A stretch of DNA of 64,000 bases from Perna viridis. Its lineage: Eukaryota. Below, in pieces: positions 1 through 13,099 of the stretch (its first letter is position 1; each line of letters starts with the position of its first letter). Location of the stretch: assembly GCA_037379345.1 (NCBI GenBank), contig CM074519.1:34684103-34748102 (forward strand). Reading direction: 5' to 3'. The notes beneath the pieces were generated by a model. That model was not told the DNA's origin. It searched no databases and saw only the letters and a list, made by a program, of their open reading frames with translations. The position numbers and the translations under genes are program-made.

Positions 1-284
1 CTTTTGACAAAACATTAGTTTGTAGAGAGGCAAAAAGAAAATGCACTATATTTTTATGGCATCCATGTTTTGACGTACACCCGCTCAGGGATATGCAATA
101 CGATACTGGTACCTTATATGTGTACCAATAAACAACATTTAGAAACTATACTCTAAGAAATATCAACAGAAGTTTCATGGGTGTCATCTTAATTTGATTT
201 CAACCGATGTGATTATTCTATTTCACAGATAAGAAATATATGTTTTAGAAAGACTTCACGTTCTACCAGACTGGTGGACGTCCT

Positions 285-1204
285 TATGGCAAGCCGAAGT
301 GGACAAAAATCAATATTTTGTAATATTAGAAAATGAATTTGTAATATTACAAAATCATTTTTTTAATATCAGAAAAGATTTTTTAATATTAGAAATTCAT
401 TTTGTAATATTAAAAACTCATTTTCTAATATTACAACTTCCTGATTTATTTATATTACAAAACATCAGACAATTTATAATATTACAAATTGAATATGTAA
501 TATTAGAAAATGAATTTGTAGTATTAGAAAATCACTTTGCAATATTTAAAAATAAGTCACATTATTTAAAATCACAAATGATTTTCTAATATTAAGAAAT
601 CGTAATTGAATATGACAAATTCATTTTCTAATATTAAAAAGTCGCTTTTTAATATTAGAAATTCAGTTGATTGTTTAATATTAAAAAAATTTTTGTGATA
701 TTAGAAATCTTATTTGTAATATTAGAAAACATTTATTTTGTAATATTAGAAAAAATACTTTTTTAATATTACAAAGTCATTTTTTTAATATTAGAAAAGA
801 TTTTGTAATATTAGAAATTCATTTTCTAATATTACAAATTCTTGATTTAGTAATAGTATAAAACATGACACATTATGTAAAATTACAAATTGAATTTGTA
901 ATATTAGAAAATCACTTTCCAATATTGCAAAATTACTCAGATTTTTTTTAATATCACAAAATGATTTTCTAACATTAAAAAATCGTAATTGAATACAAGA
1001 AGTCCATTTTCTAATATTAGAAAATCAATTTCTAATATTGAAAAATCGTTTTATATTAGAAATTCAATCGATTTTTTAATATTAAAACAGAGTTTTGTGA
1101 TATTAGAAATCTAATTTGTAATATTAGAAAATGAATTTTTAATATTAAAAAATCATTTTTTAATATTAGAAAGTACTTATTTTTGTCCACTTTGGCTTGC
1201 TATA
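285..1204. mobile_element. Non-autonomous DNA transposon with 6-bp TSD (IS3EU-like termini), interior of short TAATATTA-based subrepeats
   Basis: TIRs TATGGCAAGCCGAAGTGGACAAAAAT / ATTTTTGTCCACTTTGGCTTGCTATA; CGTCCT at 279-284 and 1205-1210. Confidence 0.85.
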
Positions 1205-1344
1205 CGTCCTTCCAGACTGGTGGAGCAGGACATGCTACATAACACTCCCGAAGCCCACGATGCCATCCTTCTTTTGTGCATGGTAGCTCGTATTATAACC
1301 CCCCCCCCCCCACCCCTCTTACCTAATACTCGGGATCTGCCACT

Positions 1345-1860
1345 GCATCAAGTAGATTTTGAGACTTTGGAAAATTCAACAAAGCGGAACAAAACATAAA
1401 ACATGATCTGTAACTCATCAGGGTAGACTCATATACAAAAAATCAGCTCAATATATGCAAGCGTTTAGAAAAAAAGTGCGGAAAAGTTAAATTTCGGTAA
1501 ATTCAAGGGTCATAACTTGGATAAAATCAGCGAAGTGGAAAGAAACCTAAAACATGAACTGTAACTCATCAATGTAGACTCGCATACCAAAAAATCAGCT
1601 CATTATCTGCAAGCGTTTAAGGAAAAAGTGTTGAAAACCGAAATTTCTGTAATTTGTTCAAAATTCAAGGGTCATTACTTGGACAAATATCAGCAAAGTG
1701 GAACAAAACGTAAAATTGATCTGTAACTCATCAAGGTTGAATCGCATACCAAAAATCAGCTCAATATCTGTGTTTAGAAAAAAAAGTGCGGAAAACTTTT
1801 TTTTCCGGATGGACGGACTGCAATCTTAAGTCCCTTCAGCTAAAGCTGGTATGGAACGAA
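1345..1860 (+). mobile_element. HINE/Helentron-like element with three tandem core repeats
   Basis: Repeated ctgtaactcatca...aaaatcagctca(a/t)tat...gcaagcgttt core; GGAC-type microsatellite and short hairpin at the 3' end. Confidence 0.6.
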
Positions 1861-1989
1861 TAAGCTCTGTAACATGCTGTATACATTGTTGCTAATATGT
1901 CATTAGAAAATCCAAATGTCGCATAAAGGATGAAATATACAAAGAGCATCCTAAATAAATGAGTGTGACATATCTTTCATGTGTGATCA

Positions 1990-2300
1990 GAGTCACTCTT
2001 TTCAGAAAAAAAGGATTAAACTTACTGCAAAAAACAACAATTAGTTAAAACAACATGATCATGGATGCCCATTAAACGCCAAATTATCGTATATTCAAAA
2101 TAAACCATGGAATTGTAACTTCATTATTTTGGAAACTTATGATATGTATATTCTAAGTACATTTAGAATGTTAAATCACAAGTTGCGAAAAGAATAGGGA
2201 CAATGGAAACATGTAACAAGGAGAGGATTTTCCGTACGCAATGGAAATAAAATTGGAGATGAACTTCATTATGTCCTTACATGTAAAAGTTTAAAAAACA
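1990..2300 (+). mobile_element. Degenerate 3' end of a non-LTR retrotransposon (L2/CR1-group ORF2 C-terminus)
   Basis: Translated remnants NYRIFK, FRMLNHKL and KIGDELHYVLTC match the typical C-terminal motif of these LINEs. Confidence 0.65.
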
Positions 2301-2537
2301 GATATTGGAAAATATATGTATGCAGCTTTGGTAGAATTTATGGATCAGACGTAGATGAAGGAATAAAGAACCTCTGTGTTGAAAGTCAGTTGCACGATAT
2401 TGGTAGTAGACAAAATGCTTTCCACTGTTTACATTCACGTGAACTTAGTCATGATGAATACTACGTATTTAGAGTATGTCCGAGCCTGCATGGGTATCAC
2501 AGGAAACGTACGTTACAGCGACATCTTTACCACTACT

Positions 2538-2989
2538 GGCACGAGACCGCAATTAATTTAAAAAGTGCATTTCAATATACATATTTGAGCAGATTAAAAA
2601 AATTCCACGGGTGCAAACTGAATAAAACTTCTCTGGCCTAAAGATAAGTACAAACAGGATTTTATATATAAATTGTAGAAAATTTTACCATCATTTTCTG
2701 AAATTAATACATATAATTCGGAGATGAGGTAAACATGACAAATGAACTGAGTTAAAAGTCCTAAATTTTAACCTTCTTCCACTGAACCAAATCACAACTT
2801 TTAGTCAGAATTTATTAATGAAGAAAAAACCCATGTAATTTTAACCAATTTTCTACCAATTAGAGGCAAAACTTCAGCAAATAAGTTTCCAGTAAAAATA
2901 TGAAAAAATGTGGAAGGTGCCTACTACTAAAGTTGGAACTATATTCGTATACAACGAAAACGAAGGGGAATTAATTGTGTTCTCGTACC
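2538..2989. mobile_element. MITE copy A (about 452 bp)
   Basis: TIRs GGCACGAGACCGCAATTAATT / AATTAATTGTGTTCTCGTACC; nearly identical to 4289-4739. Confidence 0.9.
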
Positions 2990-4288
2990 TATTAGATCAA
3001 TAAATGTGCCCAATTTGAATAAAAACTGCACTCATGTCAAAATGAACCTTTTTTGACTTCAAGTACAAAGTTTCATCATGATTAGTTGAAAAATATATAA
3101 GTTATAGCAAATTTAGTATCAGTGGTACATTGCATGACTCGCATGTCCAATGGTCGAAGAAAATAAGGCCCCTCTAAAATGTACATTTTTTTTTTAAAAT
3201 GCAATATTTTTGTGATTTTTACATTGGTTGCATCATATTATGTGTATTTGATGCAATGAAGATCAGTTTACTCAAGTTCCAGCTGCTTTAAGGCCAAAAA
3301 TTGGGTTTTTATACATGCGGCCATGGTCAATGCACTTTTAGACCATGTATAGGGGTACACATATGAAAACTCATTTTATGATGCTGACAATGACTTAAAT
3401 TGATCAACTTCAAACATAAAGTGGTCTACACATATCAAATGTACATTGAAAACAATAAGAAGTGGTTTCAAAGCTAAAACTGTCACTCTAGATCAATTTA
3501 AACCAGACCTGTACAGAGCTTGTTCAAGTGCGATTGTGTCCGATATTAAAAGTTAGCCTTTATTTGGGTTTTGAATGATGAAAGATCTGAAACAAATGTA
3601 AAATAACGTAAGGTTCCAAGCTTATCAGGTACATAAGCAGACAGTCAGCTGTATTTTTCCAGTTTTTCTACAAAAAATTTCATTTTTGAAACCTTATAGT
3701 GTATGCGGAACTCTAAAATTAGGTGTTTTTGAGACATCACAAGGTATTTACATGTAGTGACTTACATTAGATGCATGAATATCAATGGAATGAATATATT
3801 AGGTTTTTTTCACATTATTTATATTATTTACTAGCAAATACAAAAGATTCAGACCAATAAAACACATATCTGTGATTTCATAGATCCTAAGACAAGGCTG
3901 TGAAAACCCCTGATTTTGCCATATTTCATTGACTCGGTTCATAAAAATTACACTGAATTGTCAGATTTCTGCCTACACCTTGTTCATAAAGTATGTTTAT
4001 TTGTTGATTTGAAGTTCCTAGTGTATAGTTAGAGGAGAAAAACTCAAAGCTGTACAATATTTTCCCCACTGGTCTATATTTCATACCTAGCACCTTAGCA
4101 AAAGTGCAATTTCAATGGAAAATCCCATAGAAACCATATTTTTTATTTTAATTTCTGAAAATAGCGAATAATGGGCCAAAATCTTATTATTTCATGCAGA
4201 TTTACTGAATTCTTGAAAATAAACACCAAATTACCCCCAGCAAATACTAGCAAGTACAATTTCTGATACCCAGGCAACCCCCTTATTA

Positions 4289-4739
4289 GGCACGAGACCA
4301 CAATTAATTTTCAAGTGCATTTCAATATACACATTTGAGCAGATTAAAAAAATTCCACCAGTGTAAACTGAATAAAACTTCTTTGGCCTAAAGATATGTA
4401 CAAACAGGATTTTATATATAAATTGTAGAAAATTTTACCATCATTTTCTGAAATTAATACATATAATTCGGAGATGAGGTAAACATGACAAATGAACTGA
4501 GTTAAAAGTCCTAAATTTTAACCTTCTTCCACTGAACCAAATCACAACTTTTAGTCAGAATTTATTAATGAAAAAAAATCCCATGTAATTTTAACCAATT
4601 TTCTACCAATTAGAGGCAAAACTTCAGCAAATACGTTTCCAGTAAAAATATGAAAAAATTTGGAAGGTACCTACTACCAAAGTTGGAACTATATTCGTAT
4701 ACAACGAAAACCAAGAGGAATCAATTGTGTTCTTGTACC
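4289..4739. mobile_element. MITE copy B (about 451 bp), direct repeat of copy A
   Basis: Same TIRs and interior as 2538-2989. Confidence 0.9.
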
Positions 4740-5175
4740 TACTGATTGACCACACTCCCCCAGTAATACATAAACATCATCCTGTTACAGAACATGTTGC
4801 ACCATTAGGTGAAGATGTGGATTATATTACATCTAATACTACTATCTATGGCCGCTGGGATAGTGCTTTCTCAGATGATGAAAGTAGCACTATTGAATAT
4901 ATTGTGGCACAGTAAAAATTTTGCCGAGAGGAGCGAGGCAAACAATTTGTTGAGGTTAAATTTTGAAACATTCTTCTACAGTGAGTGAAATGTGGATATC
5001 TTTTGAGGTAAAATTAGGAAGAAATTAAAGTTTCAACTTAAAAGCGCCAAAATCTACTCTTGACAAACCCATGTTTTGCAAATTTAAGGGGGGGGGGTGC
5101 ATGCCATCATACCCCGCCTGAATCCGCTGCGAATATTAACAATGAATAAGAGAATAGGATAATGAATCTATCTAC

Positions 5176-5181
5176 TTTATT
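5176..5181 (-). terminator. Candidate polyadenylation signal AATAAA of the giant gene
   Basis: tttatt on the plus strand, about 65 nt after the stop codon. Confidence 0.5.
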
Positions 5182-5244
5182 GTTTTTTTTTTAACAATTT
5201 ACAAATCATGGATGGAAATATAAAAATTAGTCTTTCTTTCCCTT

Positions 5245-5701
5245 TCAGTCAGTTGAATTGTCACCACTAGCCAAACTAAACTCCTTTACAGTGGCTTCCT
5301 GATTACCACTAACATCTATAGGAGGAAGCTTCATCGGCTTTGATTTATGTTGGTTCCTCTTTAACTCTGGTGCTGTAGAGTCATCCTTAGTTGTAAACAA
5401 CATATGATGAGGAGCTTTCTGGCTTACATAACTCGCTGTTACGGGCTGAAGGGTTCTGTCAAATAACTCCATTGTTTTCTCAGAGAAAAGAATAAATCGT
5501 TTTGGTTTTTCTTTCATTTCTTGTTTAGGACTTGTCTGTCCATCTGGTAATGCACTGCCTATTCCCACATTGATATCACTAGCAGTAGTAAGACCATGTG
5601 AAGGACTGGGCCGTATATCATCAGCAGGCTCAGTGAAACTAAATGTCGATGGTTTAAATGCTTTGCCCTTCTCCTGTCCAAGAAACTCTTTTCCAAAACT
5701 C
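5245..5701 (-). CDS. Exon 38 (terminal): low-complexity cytoplasmic tail WSFGKEFLGQEKG...SGDNSTD*
   Basis: tttatag| acceptor in phase 2, continuous with ORF 5245..5568 to TGA. Confidence 0.85.
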
Positions 5702-6394
5702 CTATAAAAATGTTATACATGTAATAATGAAATACAGTATACATTTTACAAAATGATTGTACTCACAGGAAAATATTATTTATTTTGACAAAGAAGGTGA
5801 ATGCATGTACATGAATTTGCTGTTATTTTGGAGTGGTAAAATTTCTACAGAATTAAAAGTAACAAGATGGCTACACATACCCTTATATCCCCTGTATATA
5901 TAAGCAGAGATGCATGGTGCGACATGTTAGTAAAGTAGAAAGAGGAAATCATCCAATTCAGAAGTAATGGATTAATGGTATATTGTTTTGATTAAAATAT
6001 TTTAGTTTCAGAGTTGCATTCACAACATTTTCTTTCAATATTAACAACAAAATTTGCTGAATAAAATAGTTGGTGTAGTATGCACATCTACACCTCATCA
6101 ACAACAGAACATTACATCTACACCTCATCAACAACAGAACATTACAAATTTGAACAGAATCCATTAAGTGGTTTCCACAAGGTCTATTGTTGAACTTGCT
6201 AAAAATGTGTAAGCCACTTAACTCCAACAAACAGAAACAAAAGGGTAGTAAAGTATGCACATTTACATTGCATAACATTACACGATACAAAATTTCAAAA
6301 TGGTTACTAAGGAGTTGCATCCATCAAACCTAATGGAGGAAGGATGCCTACCATTTTTACTGTGTCCCTCTGTCATTTTGTAGAAGAGGAAAAA

Positions 6395-7122
6395 CATGAA
6401 GTTACATGTATTGTTGCGCTATGCACATACCCTCACTCGTACATAAAGTTAATATAGGAGAGCAACCAAAATCACTTACAATAGATGGCTTACCTACATG
6501 AAGCCACACACCAAATTTGAAATCAATCAATATGTTTGAAACCTAGATGTTTATGATGAAAATTTTCTTTTGCTATTCCATATAGTAAAAAAAGACGAAG
6601 TCCCATGAAACAGGAAGTTGATAGCAGACAGCAAAAAAATTGCTTATAAAATATGCCTCATCTACATGTATATGAAGCCACACACCAAATTCGAGATCAA
6701 TCCAGCCATTAGGAGCTGAGATTTTTGTGACAAAAATTTTTCTATTCTTCCATATACTGAAAAATGGCAAAGTTCCACAAAACAGGGAGATAGTATAGGA
6801 GAGCATTACAAGATATGCACTATCTATATGATGCCACACACCAAATTTGATATCAATCCTTTCATTGGGAGCCGAGAAATTTCTCTATCATTCCACAGAG
6901 TGAAAAATGGCAAAGTTCCACAAAAATGGAAGTTGATATTGGAGAGCAACAGAAACTGCTTACAACATATGCCCCATCTACATAAGGCCACACAATAAAT
7001 TTAAAATGAATCCATCCATTGGGAGCTGAGAAAATTGCGACAAAAAATTTGGACAAATGGAATGACAGACGGACAAGGGTATTACAATATACCAACTACT
7101 CGTTGACTGGGGGTATAATAAA
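6395..7122 (+). mobile_element. HINE-like element with tandem core repeats (related partial copy at about 12480-12860)
   Basis: Repeated gccacacaccaaatttgaaatcaatc...ggagctgag core; gacagacggac tract; 3' stem ending ggggtataa. Confidence 0.6.
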
Positions 7123-7271
7123 AACATATGAAAATTTGGCTTTCATTACTCTATAACAATTTTATGCATTTCAAACTTTTAAGCCAATCTACTTCCATTT
7201 AACTGAATAAAATTGTACCTCCATAAAGGAGCTAAATAAGAGATGTTCCAGTACAGCATAGAAACACTTAC

Positions 7272-8417
7272 CATATGTTATAGCCAGGGTCTATTTTACT
7301 AGGCCTCTTTTTCTTGAAGTATCTTCTAATCAGTATAAAGCACATTACTAGTGTCAAGGCCACAGCAAATGTCAAGAGGATTGTCTTGACGACATTAAGG
7401 TTACATTTCTGGTAGCCAATCAGATCTTCACAATCATAGAAGACAGAACATGGATTTGGGTCACATTCATTGATGTCAGTCTGACACCATTGGTCGGTGT
7501 AACCAACATCACATTGGCAAACATACTTCTCAAAGGTCATTGCTCTCTCCTTGTCATCACACTGGGTAGAAGTTATATTGAGACAGTTACCATGGACACA
7601 TGGAGATAAAAGAATGTAAACATTAACCTCCATCATTTTAGTTGTAAATCTAGCTTGATCAAATCCCCTCACACTTAATGTCATCTGGCCATTGAATTCC
7701 TTATCAAGAGACAACCGAACTCTAAACATCTTTTTTCGTATGCCATGGAATTTGACAGGTTCAAAGGTCAAGTTGGCCAGCTGTTGGTTTGTTGTTCTCA
7801 TAGTGAAGTTTATTTCATTCGATGAGGGATCTACAAAGTCCACATCAAAGAATGTCACATGACCAAGATCATGTGACTTTGTCACATTTCCTTCCAGAAG
7901 TATAGACACAATCTTCATTCCACTACCTTGAACATCTATTTCTTCAAATACAAGGTCAGAATCAAATGGAAGAATTATAGGAGCATCATTTGCAGGTTTC
8001 ACATGTACTGTTATATTTCTGGTGCTAAAAAGTGGATGGAACGGTGGTAGAAGTCCTGTCTCCACAACTTTTACTACCACATAATCAATGCCATTGAAAT
8101 CTTTTGGAGGGAAGTAATGTATTTCCCCATCAGCAGTGATGTTTGCTTCTCCATGTTTCAATTCAACAATAGAGAATTCAACTGTATCCATTTCACCATC
8201 TAGGTACTGTATAGTCATAGTACCATTCTGATTCTGGGCATCATCCATATCTTCTGTGGCAAACAGGTCTGTTGTCAGTATCCTGGGCTGTGTGTTGGGG
8301 GCACGTCTGGACAAGCATTAAGGACCACATTCTTGGAACAGGAATATGGAGTGCAGCAGAACTTTTCTTCCTATCAGGATGATCAACTTCAAATTTCATG
8401 AACACTTCTTTACATAA
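7272..8417 (-). CDS. Exon 37: cadherin-like module(s), two EGF-like modules, TM helix and basic stop-transfer segment; apparent +1 frameshift near 8297-8301
   Basis: ORF 7268..8314: PNTQP...ATED...DGIDY...VKPANDAP (cadherin-like); SPCVHGNC...YVCQCDVGYTDQWC and DINECDPNPC (EGF, calcium-binding EGF start); ILLTFAVALTLVMCFILI-RRYFKKKR; ttccag|, |gtaagt. Confidence 0.9.
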
Positions 8418-8849
8418 CTGGAATTAAAGTACAATACATGTTAGTTGTACATATTACATTTATAAACCATGATAATTAAGTTATCAAATTTAGTTAAGTG
8501 GTTGATAGTACGAAAACATTAATTATGCTAATTGATCTTAAGTTCTAACAGTTAAATGGGGAAAAACTGTGTGAAATCAAAACTTACAATTGATTTTTAG
8601 TTTAAGGGGACAACCCATTGATTTTATGGAGTCAGAATATTTATATCTAGGAGGTGTAGGCCAGAATATTTATTTCCAAACACTGCAAGACCTCCCTTTC
8701 ATAATCAAATGCTTTTATGAAAATAGTCACAGGGCTTTTAAAATGGTATTTATATCATTGGTTACAAAGACTTTTTAAACACAAATTGGAAAACATTACC
8801 AAAATAACAAAAAAATTGAGGAAAACCAGTTAAATCTCATTAATCACAA

Positions 8850-9420
8850 GAGAAACACAATGCACAATGAAATATTGATATTTGGTCAGACCTTTATGCT
8901 CTATTTTTAGTAATGGCAGCTTAAAATTGTCACATTAGTTCTATGCAGAATACAATAAGAAACATTCATACCAAGTTTTGTACTGATTGGTCAAATATAT
9001 CCAAGGAAAATATTTTTTTTTAAAGTGAAAACTTCTAAGTGTAAAAATAGCCTAAAAATAACATAAAGAAGGGCAATAACTCCAACATGGCTAAACAAAT
9101 TTATACAAAAATTTGACCACAGATACATCTCCTAATGCTGAACACTAAATACAGTCAGAATTTTGCTTAACCTAACAGTTTTGGAGATATATGTAGACAA
9201 CTTTTGTCAGACCCCTATGTTCTATTTTTATTTAAAGCGGCCATAGTTTTCAATGGATCAGAAATCTTAATATCTGTTCTACGAATAATACCCTAATAAA
9301 CATTCATACCAAGTTTGGTTCTAATTGGTCAAGTAGTGTCAGAGGAGAAGAGTTTTAAAACTTTTTTCATGGTGTTGGATGTAAAGTGGTGGCAATAGTT
9401 CACCTGGCCCTTAGGATGGA
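8850..9420 (+). mobile_element. Degenerate copy of the HINE family also at 16018, 46097 and 50442
   Basis: Shared motifs aacattcataccaagtttggtt, gggcaataactccaacatggc, tggcaatagttcacctggcc. Confidence 0.65.
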
Positions 9421-9785
9421 AATGGATAGACACGTAGACTTCTTCATATATATACCGATCACATTTTTTTGCAATTGTGCAATTGGTATACTGTATAAGT
9501 ATTATTGTTTGTGGGGTACCAATTTTTGTGGTCTTCTTCAGTTTGGCGAACCACAAAATTTGATTCCTTAACAAAAACAAAATTTCCCATTCATTGGTAT
9601 TAATCCATGAAATAAAGAATCTATGAACTGACATTTTTGTTCCAAAACAACGACAAAATTAAGTTCTTTAGGAGTAAAATGAAAGATACTAATATTCTAA
9701 TAACTGTATTTTTATTGCTGAAAAATTCAAGCATATTGAATAGTTCTCACTAAAAGAGTGAGAATAATTGAATGATGTTGTATAC

Positions 9786-9871
9786 CTTTGTTGAGAACAT
9801 GGAACCCTTATAGTCTGTAATATCCTGTACACCTTTACAGGTGTCTTGAGGATGCTTCCACAATTCAGCAA
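9786..9871 (-). CDS. Exon 36: VAELWKHPQDTCKGVQDITDYKGSMFSTK
   Basis: attgtag| ... |gtatac; phase 1 to phase 0. Confidence 0.8.
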
Positions 9872-10523
9872 CTACAATCAATTTATCATAATTAAATTAG
9901 TAATACCAACTTTCAAAAATGAAATATTTAAATTAATTTTCCTTTTAACATTAGCAATACATCTTGCATTAAGAAAGTTTCAAATAACAATTCAAATTGA
10001 TATAGTTTCACATCATTTATTTTGGGGCCTTTGTATAGAAGTTTTATTGTTCGTTGCTTGACTTTTGGTGGACGACTGTCTCAATGGCAGTCATGCCACA
10101 TCTTCTATTTTCATATATAATACTTGTTCTCAAGTTATATGCTAAGCATGAAACATATGACAAAATGTGAGCAGATATTTTCCAAACATCTTTTCACCAC
10201 CATTACTTTTAAAAAATTGTACTAGTCATTATTTGACTAACCATTTGAGTAGCATTTTTCTGGTAACAAAGAACATTTTGTAAGCAACAGTTTGGATATG
10301 TTTTGATGCAGCAGGAATGAGATCAATTCACATAAAACATATGCCCTGAAATTCTGTGAGTTGTTTAGTTACTTTAATTTAAATCAAGTGCTAGGCTTTA
10401 TCCATGTGAACAACATGTGAATTTCTGGTTGTACTCAAATTAATGTTACTGAAAAAAAAACATTGTCAGCAACATTATGTATATCAAATTTGACATCTTT
10501 ACAATAACTTGTAACATATATAC

Positions 10524-10669
10524 CATTGTCCCAATATATGAGTACAGGTAGATCTGTGTTGGGATCAAACATTGAAGAATCAAACTTTACATTGATCTTG
10601 TTCTCCCTCAAACTCTCAACTGTTGTTGATGGCGAGAGGTAAAACATTATACCAGCATACTGCTTCAAT
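10524..10669 (-). CDS. Exon 35: LKQYAGIMFYLSPSTTVESLRENKINVKFDSSMFDPNTDLPVLIYWDN
   Basis: ORF 10435..10668; ctatag|, |gtatat. Confidence 0.85.
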
Positions 10670-12323
10670 CTATAGAAAGAAAGAGTTGTGCTAACCCTAG
10701 TAGAGATATTTTAATCCTGATCCCCCTATTAATACAGCCCTTCTGTCTAGAGCACACACCCCAAAAACCAAGTTAAAATAAATCAGTTGTATTGCATCAG
10801 CAGGTAAACATACCATCAGGATGATGTAGAAATATATATATACAGATATATAATATCATAAGAGGGATGTGTCCCAGCAGAGTAGTAGAAAAATCAGGAC
10901 AGGGATGCATGTACTATAAATTGAGGAAAAAATTATATATTTACCACAAGAAATAATGTAAAGGGGGAAAGAGAAAAAATGATATCAGTCCAACTTTTGT
11001 GGAAGAAAAATTATTAAAATAAAATTCTTTGCAAGATGAAGCTCAATACTCCTTGAACAGTTGGGGCTAAGATAAAAATAATAGTCTTGATTTCTGCTAC
11101 CAGCAAGAAAAAATAGAGTATGTAGGTAGGGAAATTATTTCATTTTTCAAAAGCATTTCACATTGAGTTAACGGGACAACAATCTAGACTTTAACAGTGC
11201 TCGAGCCAAAATGGCAATGCATAAAATGTTAAGGGTAGAGTAGAGTGGAAGGACAACTTTAAGGCTTAATGAAGTTCTAAATTAATTTGGATTACATGTT
11301 TGACACAAAATAAGATTTAAAATAGACATTTAAAGATTATCAGGACAGACAGCATTTTAATGTTTATTGTTATTTTATGAAGTGTGAACCATGGACAGAT
11401 GAACATTCCTTTACATACTACAATTGGTTTGGACACTATATTGCAAAACAATTTAAATTGAAATAAAAATTTAGCAAATCAGACCACCAACGAAAAAGTC
11501 AATTTTCTGGGGTCTTGCACCTTTGAGCCCTTATAACTTGTTAACCATAAGAGATATGTAAAATCCCATTTGATCAATGCAAGCACAGATCTTCATAAGG
11601 AAAATAATATTAGTTTTTGACACATTTATAAGCATAGGGACTTACAATTCATTGTGGACACAACAACTGGTTTGGACACTATATTGCACAAAATTTAAAA
11701 ATCAATGTTTTTGAAATCGGACCAAAAATAAGGAAGTTGATTTTTTGGCCCCTTTAATCCCTTATAACTTGGAAAACTGTAAGAGATATCTGTAGAAATC
11801 TGATTAAAAAATGCAGGCAGGGATTTTCATATGGAATCCAATAAAAAAATTGGAGACCAGACCAAAAATAAAATTGTAGATTTTTTTGGGATGTGGCCAC
11901 TTTGACCCCTAATAACTCCAAAATGGTCCAAAATGCATCAAATCTGCTGAAACATTTATTTACCAAAATTATAAAAAAGGAATAATTAAAATCTGAAGAA
12001 AAAAACCATTCTACACTAGTTTTAATTAAACACCTATTTTTACTGTTTTCCCCTTATTCTTAAACGGTAGGGGTCACAAATTCCAAATTAAATAGGAACC
12101 TTCCTTTAGTGGTTAGTAAAATCATATCAACATTTCATAACAATTAGTAAACCACAACTAAAGTTATCACACGAAAACCAAGTGTCTAAGGACGATAATG
12201 ACAAAGACACAGATGACAACAGCATCATAACAACATATGACTGCACATTTTTTGTGGTCCTATACAAATTAATACATAACAAAAATTAATTCCATTGTGA
12301 TGTTGAAACTATCAGCAACTTAC

Positions 12324-12468
12324 CTATTTCTGAGGAACCTTGATGTATCATTCCATCGTGACATAGGATTTATCAGATATCGGTTGTATTTGTCAGAAGC
12401 AGCAGTACCATAGTCTGCTGTAACATCATCTTTTGACAAAACACCTCCTAACATTGTTATGTTTGTTC
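12324..12468 (-). CDS. Exon 34: GTNITMLGGVLSKDDVTADYGTAASDKYNRYLINPMSRWNDTSRFLRNR
   Basis: ttttccag| ... |gtaagt; open frame. Confidence 0.88.
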
Positions 12469-13099
12469 CTGGAAAAAAAACATGAAGTTGTACATGTTAT
12501 TGTGCTAGGTGCACCCCACTCATACAGGAAGTTGATATCGTAAAGCAACTAAAATAGCCTCTATAGTATGCCCCATCTATAAAAAGTCCCACTTGAAATC
12601 AATTTGTCTATTAGGAGCTAAGATTTTTATGACGAAAATTTTCCTTATAGTGAAATATGGCAATGTCCCACAAAGGAGGAAGTAAATATCCAACAGCACC
12701 CAAAATTACTTATAATGTATACCTCATCAAAAAAAAAAAACACACACCAAATTTGAAATCAATCCATCCATAGGGAGCCACTTTAGACAAAATGTGAAAA
12801 AATGTGGACATACAGACTTTGGATAAGGTGATTCCAATATATCATCCACTTATTGAATAAAAACCAATAATGTAAATGCAATATGGAAACTAGAAGAAAA
12901 TGATCAATAAATATGACAAGAATGCTTGTATTGAAGCTCCCTACCAAGTTTCAAAATTACTCCCATGAAAGGTTCTATACTTTCAATAAGCATATGGATA
13001 TGGAAACCTATGGGAGAATTAAAATAGAATATAAAGGACTGCCGTAATCCTTAATGCCCTGATGATAAGGGCAAGGGATAGAATAGCTGCACTTCCAAT

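Larger units (their letters stand above)
2300..4912 (+). pseudogene. Degenerate paralogous FN3-like fragment, split by a transposon insertion (coding-like parts about 2300-2537 and 4740-4912)
   Basis: Removing 2538-4743 restores TYVTATSLPLLIDHTPP...GEDVDYITSNTTIYGRWDSAFSDDESSTIEYIVA; upstream frames give ...ELSHDEYYVFRV; same motif order as the repeats in the minus-strand gene; frameshifted and truncated. Confidence 0.75.

Noticed and set aside
299-589. 96-aa ORF with a repetitive ILEN/ILQN pattern
   Set aside because: It is a by-product of the MITE's internal subrepeats
8290-8305. Programmed +1 ribosomal frameshift at the C-run
   Set aside because: No stimulatory element or adjacent stop is visible; a homopolymer error or null allele is simpler
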